From the UHGV virus genome UHGV-0039337: a stretch of 64,000 bases of DNA; one strand, 5' to 3'. Shown here piece after piece: positions 1 through 7,909 of the stretch (positions are counted from its first letter, which is position 1; each line of letters begins with the position of its first letter). Source of the stretch: a virus. The notes beneath the pieces were generated by a model that was given only the letters and a program-made list of their open reading frames with translations, had not been told where the DNA came from and did not search any database. The position numbers and the translations under genes were made by a program.

Positions 1-552
1 ACAGAAGATAAAGTAGAAGAAGACGAAAAAGAAAAAGAACCTGAAGTTGAAGATAAAACAGAAGATAAAGTAGAAGACGATATTAAAGACGAAGATGACA
101 GTAATAAAGAGGATAGAGACGCTATTGTGGATGATCTAAAAAAAGATGTAGCAGATTTAAAAGAAGAACTTGAAAAAGTCAAAAAACAACTTAAAGAAGA
201 AAGAAAATTAAAAGAAAAAGTAGAACTTGAATTAGCAGGTTTCAAGATTCAAGAAAAACTAAACGTTGCAAAAAACATAAAAGTTTTAAAAGAATCAATA
301 GGTATCGAATGTAAAGATGCAGAAGAAATGGCTAAAGAAAATTCTATAGAAGAGTTAAATTTAATTCATAAAACATTAAAAGAAACTTGCAATTATACTA
401 AACTTCCTGGAAAACTTATTATGGAATCTATTGTAGATGAAAACAATGATAACACAAATAAGCCTATAGAAGTAAAAGAATCAATAAATACAGAAGAAGG
501 CTATCAAGACTTCTTAGATTTGCAAAACATATATAAGAGATTATTTAAATAA
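1..552 (+). CDS. 5'-truncated acidic, coiled-coil protein, scaffold-like. The reading frame is open from window position 1, so the GTG at 127 is not the true start. It carries TEDKVEED-type acidic repeats and a K/E-rich predicted coiled coil.
   Basis: Frame 1 is open from nt 1 to the stop at 552. Composition is highly acidic and repetitive. It sits immediately upstream of capsid-type genes. Confidence 0.5.
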   Translation, partial: TEDKVEEDEKEKEPEVEDKTEDKVEDDIKDEDDSNKEDRDAIVDDLKKDVADLKEELEKVKKQLKEERKLKEKVELELAGFKIQEKLNVAKNIKVLKESIGIECKDAEEMAKENSIEELNLIHKTLKETCNYTKLPGKLIMESIVDENNDNTNKPIEVKESINTEEGYQDFLDLQNIYKRLFK

Positions 553-572
553 TTTAAGGATGGTGACTATTA

Positions 573-2138
573 ATGGCTTTACAACCTAGAGATTTTACAT
601 CTCAAGAGATGCTTCAACCTGGAGCTAGAGGTGGAGTATTTACAAACGACGATTTCCCTGGATATAGAGGTCAAGGGGATAGAATCAATAGAACTAATAA
701 CCAATTAGACATAAGTGCACATGATGTACTAAACAACAAATATGGACTAGACCCTAGACTACCTAGCTTATTTAGATATGGTTGGGCTTATGGTTACAAC
801 CAAATAGTAATTCCTAAAGGAAGATTAGTAGCTGCTGATCCATTCTTAATGGTTATGGATACAGAAACTATGCATTACTTTAATGCTGTTACTCTAGCTA
901 ATGGTGGTAAAGACGTAATTCTTGATCAAAATGGTAAAACTTGGAGAAAGTTTGAAACTACTGATGGTACATTATCAAAAACAACTGAAGATTTATCAGA
1001 AACAGGTGGTTTCTTAAAACTAGATGGCGTTAAAGCTAATAACGTAAGACCTGCAAATGTTCCATTAGGATTATTAGAAAGAAATGAATATACTAGATCA
1101 GTTGATGCATATAACGGAATAATGGTAGGTGCTATACATACTGATTGTTTAGTAGAACTTCCTTTATTTGAAGATGAAAAGAAAGCATTAGCTAATCCTT
1201 GGGGTTCTGTTATAGGAGATATAAAACCTGGTGATTTAGTATGCTCAAATGAAAATGGATATATGGTTAAATCTCCATTATCAGATCCTGATAAAGTAGC
1301 TGCTATGACTATAGCACAATATGAAGAAGCTAGAAGACAAATAGTTGGTGAAGTATATGCTACTGATAGAAGCTTAATACCAGAAGGTGCTGCTAGATAT
1401 GCTCAATGGGCATTATCTGATAGAATGAAATTTAATGACTTTAATCCATATGAATATCCACAAACTGGTAGAGATGGTGAAGATTTCGTAACTAATCCTC
1501 CTACAGTTTATCAATCTGATTTTAGATATCCTGGATATCCAATGGAAAAAGGATTTTTATCTCATGATTTACATATGTTAGCTTCAACTAGAGATGGAAT
1601 GTATGATCCAAGATTCGACGAAGCTAATAGATTAGACAGAGGTATTCCTGGATTAACTGATGGATTTAATGTTATACAAAAAGCTTATGATTCTAAAAAT
1701 GGACAAAACGATATAGAGTTAGCAGGAGAAGCTAAAAAGAAAATTGGAGTATTCCATGTTATAGCTGACGAAGCTTTCATAAATGATCCTGATAGATTTA
1801 GATATTTAATGAGATTACAAGAAAAAGCAATGGAAAAAGTTAGAATAGATTTAGTAGATGAAACTACTGGTACTTCTGTTGCACATGTAATATTAGATAG
1901 ACCTTTAGGAAAACAAGATACTCCAGCAGTATTTGAAGGAACTGATGGAGCTAAATTTGAAATAGTATATGCTGACTTACATAAAGGTTTAGTTGAAATA
2001 CATCAAAAAGCTGTTGACACTGCTGTTAAAGATTTAGCTATAAAAGTAGCTTACGTTAAACGTGGTCAAGCAGGTGTTCCTACTAACTTAGATTGGGATG
2101 GAGTAGTAGGTACAGCTATAATCTTAATGAATAAATAA
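573..2138 (+). CDS. Head structural protein, 521 aa. Possibly the major capsid protein or a capsid paralog (by position and size, cf. T4 gp23 = 521 aa). Function not established from sequence.
   Basis: Long ORF with an RBS (aaggatggtga) between the scaffold-like gene and an HK97-like capsid gene. It is followed by a hairpin terminator. No diagnostic motif recognised. Confidence 0.35.
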   Translation: MALQPRDFTSQEMLQPGARGGVFTNDDFPGYRGQGDRINRTNNQLDISAHDVLNNKYGLDPRLPSLFRYGWAYGYNQIVIPKGRLVAADPFLMVMDTETMHYFNAVTLANGGKDVILDQNGKTWRKFETTDGTLSKTTEDLSETGGFLKLDGVKANNVRPANVPLGLLERNEYTRSVDAYNGIMVGAIHTDCLVELPLFEDEKKALANPWGSVIGDIKPGDLVCSNENGYMVKSPLSDPDKVAAMTIAQYEEARRQIVGEVYATDRSLIPEGAARYAQWALSDRMKFNDFNPYEYPQTGRDGEDFVTNPPTVYQSDFRYPGYPMEKGFLSHDLHMLASTRDGMYDPRFDEANRLDRGIPGLTDGFNVIQKAYDSKNGQNDIELAGEAKKKIGVFHVIADEAFINDPDRFRYLMRLQEKAMEKVRIDLVDETTGTSVAHVILDRPLGKQDTPAVFEGTDGAKFEIVYADLHKGLVEIHQKAVDTAVKDLAIKVAYVKRGQAGVPTNLDWDGVVGTAIILMNK

Positions 2139-2179
2139 TTTTTCTATTAACATATATATATGATACGTAACAATATAAT

Positions 2180-2214
2180 AGAGGAGATGTTAATAGAAAA
2201 GTCTCCTCTTTAAT
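2180..2214 (+). terminator. Hairpin (possible terminator or mRNA-stabilising/processing structure) between the two capsid-type genes.
   Basis: 8-bp stem agaggaga/tctcctct (2180-2187 / 2202-2209), 14-nt loop, then tttaatt. Confidence 0.35.
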
Positions 2215-2234
2215 TAAAAGGAGGATATATAATA

Positions 2235-3494
2235 ATGAGTCTTGAACGTGTTTTATATGATATACAAAAAGCTAAAAAACTTCAAGAAAAAATGAAAAAT
2301 GAAGGTAAAAAGTTTAAAGAATTAAAAGAATCTGCATTTGATAATATGGAAAGAGCTGCTAGATGTGCATATGGCGATCATACACATGGGTATGTATCTA
2401 TAAAAGAAGCAATAACATCTACAGATTCTATGAAACTAATTCCTAAAATAGTTGAAGGTCAGTTAAGAGAAGCTGCTGAACCTGAATATTTAGGAACTAA
2501 TTTCTTCCAAAAAGTTAAAGTTGATGAAGGCGGAAATTCTGTAACTTATGTTTTACCAGTTGTAGGCGAAATAAGAGCTTACGAAGTTGGTGAAGCTACA
2601 AGATATAAAGAAAATCAACCAGACTTCAATACACTAGAAACAACTAATATCCAAATCAAGATAAAAAAAGTTGGGGTTAAAGTTTCAGTTACTGAAGAAG
2701 CCCTTTCAGATTCATCTTGGGATATTTGGAATATAAATGTAAGAAAAATGGGTAGAGCACTTGGTAGATTTAAAGAAGAAATGATATTTAATACATTTTC
2801 TACTCATGGACATGCAGTATTTGATAATGCTATGAGATATCAAAATTCAGCTGCAGGTACTACTGGTTTAGGAAAAGACGGTAATTTTAATGATACATTA
2901 TCAGTAGAAGATTTATTAGATTTAACTATGTGTCTATTAGGACAAGGTTTCAATCCTACAGATTTAATTATGCATCCATTGGTTTGGGTTGTATTTGCTA
3001 AAAATAGCATGATAGGCAATGGTTTAACTTTTGGAGCACTTGGCGGAAATAACGTACATCCTAATGGTGCTATACAAGGTACTCCTGCTGCATTCGGCAT
3101 GGCAAATAACGGAGACGGACAAAAATTCATAATGAAACCAGAACAAGTACAAAATAGAGTTCCTTTCGGTTTAACTGTAAATATGTCTCCATGGGTAGCA
3201 TATGACAAAGCTAATAGAAGATTTGATATGTATTGTGTAGATAGAAATGAAGTTGGGGTAATAGCTCAAAAAGAAGAAGTTACTACTGATGACTGGATAG
3301 ATCCAGAAAGAGATGTTCAATTCATGAAAGCTAAAGAAAGATACGGAATTGGACTTATGAACAATGGTAAGGCTATAACTACTATAAGAAATATAGCTGT
3401 TGCTGCTTCTTATCCAGCTCAACCAGTTATTAATATCAATACTGGAAATGCTAATAGCAATCCAGCTCAATATCCTAATTATCCTAAATTTTAA
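2235..3494 (+). CDS. HK97-fold capsid protein (major capsid or vertex protein), 419 aa.
   Basis: Very strong RBS (aaaaggaggatatataATG). Contains the Phage_capsid-like segment VSVTEEALSDSSWDIWNINVRKMGRALGRFKEEMIFNTF and a C-terminal RYGIG motif reminiscent of T4 gp23/gp24. Confidence 0.6.
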   Translation: MSLERVLYDIQKAKKLQEKMKNEGKKFKELKESAFDNMERAARCAYGDHTHGYVSIKEAITSTDSMKLIPKIVEGQLREAAEPEYLGTNFFQKVKVDEGGNSVTYVLPVVGEIRAYEVGEATRYKENQPDFNTLETTNIQIKIKKVGVKVSVTEEALSDSSWDIWNINVRKMGRALGRFKEEMIFNTFSTHGHAVFDNAMRYQNSAAGTTGLGKDGNFNDTLSVEDLLDLTMCLLGQGFNPTDLIMHPLVWVVFAKNSMIGNGLTFGALGGNNVHPNGAIQGTPAAFGMANNGDGQKFIMKPEQVQNRVPFGLTVNMSPWVAYDKANRRFDMYCVDRNEVGVIAQKEEVTTDDWIDPERDVQFMKAKERYGIGLMNNGKAITTIRNIAVAASYPAQPVININTGNANSNPAQYPNYPKF

Positions 3495-3519
3495 TTTATA
3501 GAAAGAGGGATGAAATAGC

Positions 3520-3942
3520 ATGAAAAAAATAACTGCGAGCATTAAATTAGCTCCTGGTAACCGTGGCTTTTTCGATCCTATAACTGGTATAAATTTAAAT
3601 TTATCTAATAGTATTGGATACATATATGAAGATGATGATATTGCTAATATAAGAAAAGCTATTAGAGAAGGCAAAATATTAATAGTAGGGGGTCAACTGC
3701 CTCCTGCTATTAATATTAAGTCAATACAAAAAGAAAAAAAAGTTATTAAAAAGAAAGAAGAGATCAAACCAGTTGAGGTTAAAAAAGAAGAAGCTAAAAA
3801 ATTTAAAAAGCAAAAGGAAATAAAATCTACTAAAAAAATTGAAAAAAAGGAAGATATTATTGTGGCTGAAGAACCTAAAATAAAACTTCCTATGTTAAAA
3901 GAAGTAGATGCAAAAGATAAACCTGTGGAAGCAGGTGAATAA
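3520..3942 (+). CDS. Lys/Glu-rich low-complexity protein; possible head decoration or internal/DNA-binding protein.
   Basis: ORF with RBS. The C-terminal half is a KKEE-type charged repeat. Confidence 0.4.
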   Translation: MKKITASIKLAPGNRGFFDPITGINLNLSNSIGYIYEDDDIANIRKAIREGKILIVGGQLPPAINIKSIQKEKKVIKKKEEIKPVEVKKEEAKKFKKQKEIKSTKKIEKKEDIIVAEEPKIKLPMLKEVDAKDKPVEAGE

Positions 3943-3943
3943 T

Positions 3944-4927
3944 ATGTATGTAGATTTTTCTGTAACAGAAACTGTTACAAATTTTTCTGATAAAACTATA
4001 ACTATTAATACTAATTTTATCTTGGATAAAACTACTGTAAATTTTGATACTGTAAAATTTTTTATTACTATAAATGGTGAAAATAAATTACTGACAGATT
4101 ATGTTCTTACTTGTGATAATAAGAGCATGAAAATAGAGCTTAATGAATATCCATATGAAGATGATCAATATTATATTTTTATAAAAGGTGTACGTGATAG
4201 ATTAGGCAGAGAATTAAGCGAACCGTATATGAAAACTGTAAGCTTTTCTCCTAATATAGCAACTAAACTAGTTATACAAGCGCCTGAAGACATGGCGGCT
4301 ATAAAATCAAAAAAAGTACATGTAGAAGTGACTATATTAGATGACGATAAATATACACTAAAATTAATAGACGACGCATCTGATATAGTCCTTTTTTCTG
4401 AATCTGATTTAGATGAAATGCTTGAGTTAAGTCATAATACAGTGTGTTTAGAAATATCAACTGACAAAAAATTTTATAAAAAAGAACACATATTGTTTAA
4501 TGAGCACGACGCTACTTCTAGTAATGCTTATAAAGTATTAGCTAATAATATAGCGCGTATTGGAAATACATTATCTTTTGATTTGATATTTTTTGAAGAT
4601 CAACAATATTTTATAAGAGCTAGATTAGAATCTAAAGAAGATGAGCATTTCTTTGGTGTTTGGTCAGATATTGTAAGTTTTATGGTTATATCAGAATCTC
4701 CAATAGATTCTACTGAAAGTTATATGGACGATATGGTTTTCAGTGATGTTCTATTTGATGACGGAACTAAACCTTTAGAATTAGTTTCTAAAACAGATGA
4801 AGCGTGTACTGATCAAGAATTTTATATGGAATTTAATAAACCTGTAAAGTTAAATAAAGATATGTTAACTACTGATGATGGACTAATATATATAGGAAAG
4901 GCCTATCTCATAAGGAGGGATTTATGA
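3944..4927 (+). CDS. Hypothetical structural (neck/head-tail) protein.
   Basis: The ORF track starts at 3908. ATG 3944 is preferred because it directly follows the upstream stop and has the RBS gcaggtga. Confidence 0.5.
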   Translation: MYVDFSVTETVTNFSDKTITINTNFILDKTTVNFDTVKFFITINGENKLLTDYVLTCDNKSMKIELNEYPYEDDQYYIFIKGVRDRLGRELSEPYMKTVSFSPNIATKLVIQAPEDMAAIKSKKVHVEVTILDDDKYTLKLIDDASDIVLFSESDLDEMLELSHNTVCLEISTDKKFYKKEHILFNEHDATSSNAYKVLANNIARIGNTLSFDLIFFEDQQYFIRARLESKEDEHFFGVWSDIVSFMVISESPIDSTESYMDDMVFSDVLFDDGTKPLELVSKTDEACTDQEFYMEFNKPVKLNKDMLTTDDGLIYIGKAYLIRRDL

Positions 4928-5664
4928 TGACATTTGTACCTCCACAAAATGATAAAATAAAAAAACTAGGAAAAAAAGAAAAGATACCAGCTTATGTATA
5001 TGCTGATCCTGATGATCCTACTATTATATATATAAAAACTAATGGAGTTATACAAATATTAGACAATAGCGTTTATGAAGTAGTAATACCTAATTTACAA
5101 TTTGAAGATGGAGAAATAATAGATAAGTATAAATGTGAATTTACAACGAATTTAATTCCTTGTTATGCTAGTGTAGACGATATACTATCTTTATGTAACG
5201 GTATAAAAATACCTAAAAAAGATATCTTAATTCATACAAAAGTTGCTAGTGAAATAGCTAATTATTGGCTTAAAAGAGGAGATGTTGATATATCTGATTT
5301 AGATTACAATACTATTAAAACAGACTATTATCCTATACATTTATATGTAAAATATAAAGCAGCTGTAGAATCATTAAAAGAATTTTATATAGGAGCCGTT
5401 ACTGATCCATATAAATATAAAGATGCTTTAAGTGATTTATCACGCGAAGAAGAAATGGATTTAGATGCTATTAAGAATTTAATAGAAGAATTAGACGATG
5501 AAGCTGAAGAAGGGTTAAATTACATAGTAACTATAACTGCTGATCCAGAATGGGCTTTACGAGGCAAATATGCATATTCAATGTCATTACCATTTTCTAA
5601 ACCTTATCATGATACATATATTGATAAAAAAGGTGGAGGTAATGGTTGGGGTAGAGGTTATTAA
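4924..5664 (+). CDS. Hypothetical structural protein.
   Basis: ORF overlaps the upstream stop (ATGATGA). RBS aggaggga. Confidence 0.5.
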   Translation: MMTFVPPQNDKIKKLGKKEKIPAYVYADPDDPTIIYIKTNGVIQILDNSVYEVVIPNLQFEDGEIIDKYKCEFTTNLIPCYASVDDILSLCNGIKIPKKDILIHTKVASEIANYWLKRGDVDISDLDYNTIKTDYYPIHLYVKYKAAVESLKEFYIGAVTDPYKYKDALSDLSREEEMDLDAIKNLIEELDDEAEEGLNYIVTITADPEWALRGKYAYSMSLPFSKPYHDTYIDKKGGGNGWGRGY

Positions 5665-5666
5665 TT

Positions 5667-6137
5667 ATGATGACACCTATTAATAATAGAACAGTAACAC
5701 GTTTAATAGATAGATATGGCTATTACTTTTATATCGTTAAATGTGTACCAAGTACGGAATGTACATGTGTAAATCATACTACTCATACTCCAGACATTAA
5801 ATGTAAGCGTTGCTTAGGTACAGGTCATAAAATAAAAATAGTAAAAGTGTTTGGATCAATAAGAGAACAAAAAGAAAGAGAAACGGAAGCAGATATAAAT
5901 GTTAACTCTACTCATAAAATAGTATATTTAAAAGGAATGCATAGGATAAATAAAGATGATTTAATTATAGATAATGAAGATATATATCATGTATTAGCGT
6001 GTCAACATCATAAAGGAGAAAAAGGAGAATTCGCATTTACTCGTCTAGTGTGTCCATATGTAAAAGGCAATATAAGTCATATTGTTAGAAACTTTAAGGA
6101 GCTACTACATGAACATCAATTACGAAAAAAGAAATAA
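5667..6137 (+). CDS. Small Cys-rich protein with a putative 4-Cys zinc ribbon (C-x5-C-x-C ... C-x2-C).
   Basis: Motif CVPSTECTCVNHTTHTPDIKCKRCLGTGHK. Confidence 0.45.
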   Translation: MMTPINNRTVTRLIDRYGYYFYIVKCVPSTECTCVNHTTHTPDIKCKRCLGTGHKIKIVKVFGSIREQKERETEADINVNSTHKIVYLKGMHRINKDDLIIDNEDIYHVLACQHHKGEKGEFAFTRLVCPYVKGNISHIVRNFKELLHEHQLRKKK

Positions 6138-7182
6138 TAATTATTCAACTATAGATAAATTTGATTCTACTAAAAACAATATACTATTACTTGGTAGTTC
6201 CAGTACAGAAAAAGAAAGATGCAATATCATAAATCCTAGAGGTATATATAATGCTGCAATGTTATATGGTACTGATAGTGATTTATATAAAGCTTATTAT
6301 GAATGTCTTAGCATTACTGGAGAATATAATATTTTTACAGTTAACTGTAAGACATATTCTGACTTTTTAAATATAATGGATTTAGTATTACATTATAATT
6401 TTTCTTTTGTTGTTCCTATGGGAATAAAAATGGAAGACACTTTTTATAACGAAAATTCTAAACAATATGAATATTATATAGATTATTTTATGTATTTAAT
6501 AGAAGAATATCAGAGCATCACTACTATTATAATGACCAGTAATCATGCAAAACATTATAGTGATATAGATGAATTTTTAAATTACAACAATAAAGTTCTT
6601 GAAGATTATTATACTCATACTGCTTATGATAATGATAATTATTTATTGTATAGTAGAAACGGTAGTGACATAATATTTGTAATTAATAATCTAGTCGATG
6701 TAGCATATTCTAACGCTATATTAGCAGCTCAACTATCACTAAATAATTTTACTGAATATCCTAAGAATATAGATTATGCCACTTATTATGATATTGATAA
6801 ATCTGATGTAGGTAATAATTCGTATGCATATCATAAATATAATTATCTTAGCAATAACACTTCAATCGATAATTTGGTTAATATGCGTCTTTATGAAGAT
6901 GTGTATAAAAATGCATTAGTTGATAGCGTTATAAAATCTATTTTTCGATTATTGGACTTTGATAAATATAGAGGTCGTTTATATAACGCATATGTGAAAT
7001 TACAAATTGAACGTTCAGCCAAAGCAATTCTAGATGATTTAAAAGGTTCCCATTTCAAAAATTATGAAATAAAAAACATAGGCTTTGTTAAAACCGAAGA
7101 TACATCCGGTTATATCTATATAGAGTTATTAATAATGCCATACGGTTTTATGGAATATATAGACGTAATAATGGAGGTTTAA
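6109..7182 (+). CDS. Hypothetical Asn/Tyr-rich structural protein.
   Basis: The ORF track starts at 6082. ATG 6109 is preferred (RBS aaggagc, 6 nt spacing). Confidence 0.45.
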   Translation: MNINYEKRNNNYSTIDKFDSTKNNILLLGSSSTEKERCNIINPRGIYNAAMLYGTDSDLYKAYYECLSITGEYNIFTVNCKTYSDFLNIMDLVLHYNFSFVVPMGIKMEDTFYNENSKQYEYYIDYFMYLIEEYQSITTIIMTSNHAKHYSDIDEFLNYNNKVLEDYYTHTAYDNDNYLLYSRNGSDIIFVINNLVDVAYSNAILAAQLSLNNFTEYPKNIDYATYYDIDKSDVGNNSYAYHKYNYLSNNTSIDNLVNMRLYEDVYKNALVDSVIKSIFRLLDFDKYRGRLYNAYVKLQIERSAKAILDDLKGSHFKNYEIKNIGFVKTEDTSGYIYIELLIMPYGFMEYIDVIMEV

Positions 7183-7184
7183 AA

Positions 7185-7895
7185 ATGGATAAATTTGAAG
7201 AACTTCTTAATAAACGTTTTCCTACTGGTGACATGAAAAGTGAAGAAGTAATAACAAATATGACTATTGAACTTTCTGAAGACGCGCATTTAAAACCGGA
7301 TAAGTCAGCAATAAATACTCAGTTTGCTAATGGAAACGCACAATTACGCGATTTCTTTGAAATGGTAGGGTTTATCTGCGAATCTGCTATGGATGATTTA
7401 GATATACAATATATGCCTTATGAACAGGCTATGTTGTATGAGAATGACTCTGATTTTAGAATGAACAGAAATACTATAACTTTTAAAGTAGTAAAAAGAG
7501 AACATACAGATAAGATGGGTTATAAAACACGTAATACTACTACTTTATTAGATGAGGATGAACAACGTAACGTAACAAGATATACTGAGTATTTTACTAG
7601 TACTGTTGAGTTTCGTTTTATGTCTACTAGTTATGATACAGCTTGGGACATGATGGATAGATTTGAAGAAACAATGACAGCGTATTATAAACATATAAGA
7701 AGTGCCGGCATTGTCGATTATTGGTTTGAAGACCAAACTGGCATTACTCCTCATATAGATTTCAGAGAAGTCATGGTTGTATTTGTTTTACATTATAAAG
7801 TAAGAACAGAAAGAAATACAGTAATAACTAATGAAGGCATTAAATTAATTAATGTCATCGGTAAGATCGTTCACGATCGAGGTTACAAAAAATAA
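7185..7895 (+). CDS. Hypothetical protein immediately upstream of the sheath gene; possible tail completion or sheath-associated protein.
   Basis: Position and translational coupling only. Confidence 0.4.
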   Translation: MDKFEELLNKRFPTGDMKSEEVITNMTIELSEDAHLKPDKSAINTQFANGNAQLRDFFEMVGFICESAMDDLDIQYMPYEQAMLYENDSDFRMNRNTITFKVVKREHTDKMGYKTRNTTTLLDEDEQRNVTRYTEYFTSTVEFRFMSTSYDTAWDMMDRFEETMTAYYKHIRSAGIVDYWFEDQTGITPHIDFREVMVVFVLHYKVRTERNTVITNEGIKLINVIGKIVHDRGYKK

Positions 7896-7909
7896 AAGGA
7901 GGAAATATA

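Noticed and set aside
2840-3674. Minus-strand ORFs 2840..3208 (122 aa) and 3171..3674 (167 aa), and all other minus-strand ORFs in the track (e.g. 7548..7754, 9469..9837, 15162..15927, 21483..22139, 23017..24087, 52753..53408).
   Set aside because: Each lies entirely inside a well-supported plus-strand gene. Their translations are low-complexity (Ser/Phe/Ile/Leu-rich), as expected from antisense reading of AT-rich coding DNA. None has an RBS and the operon shows no strand switch.
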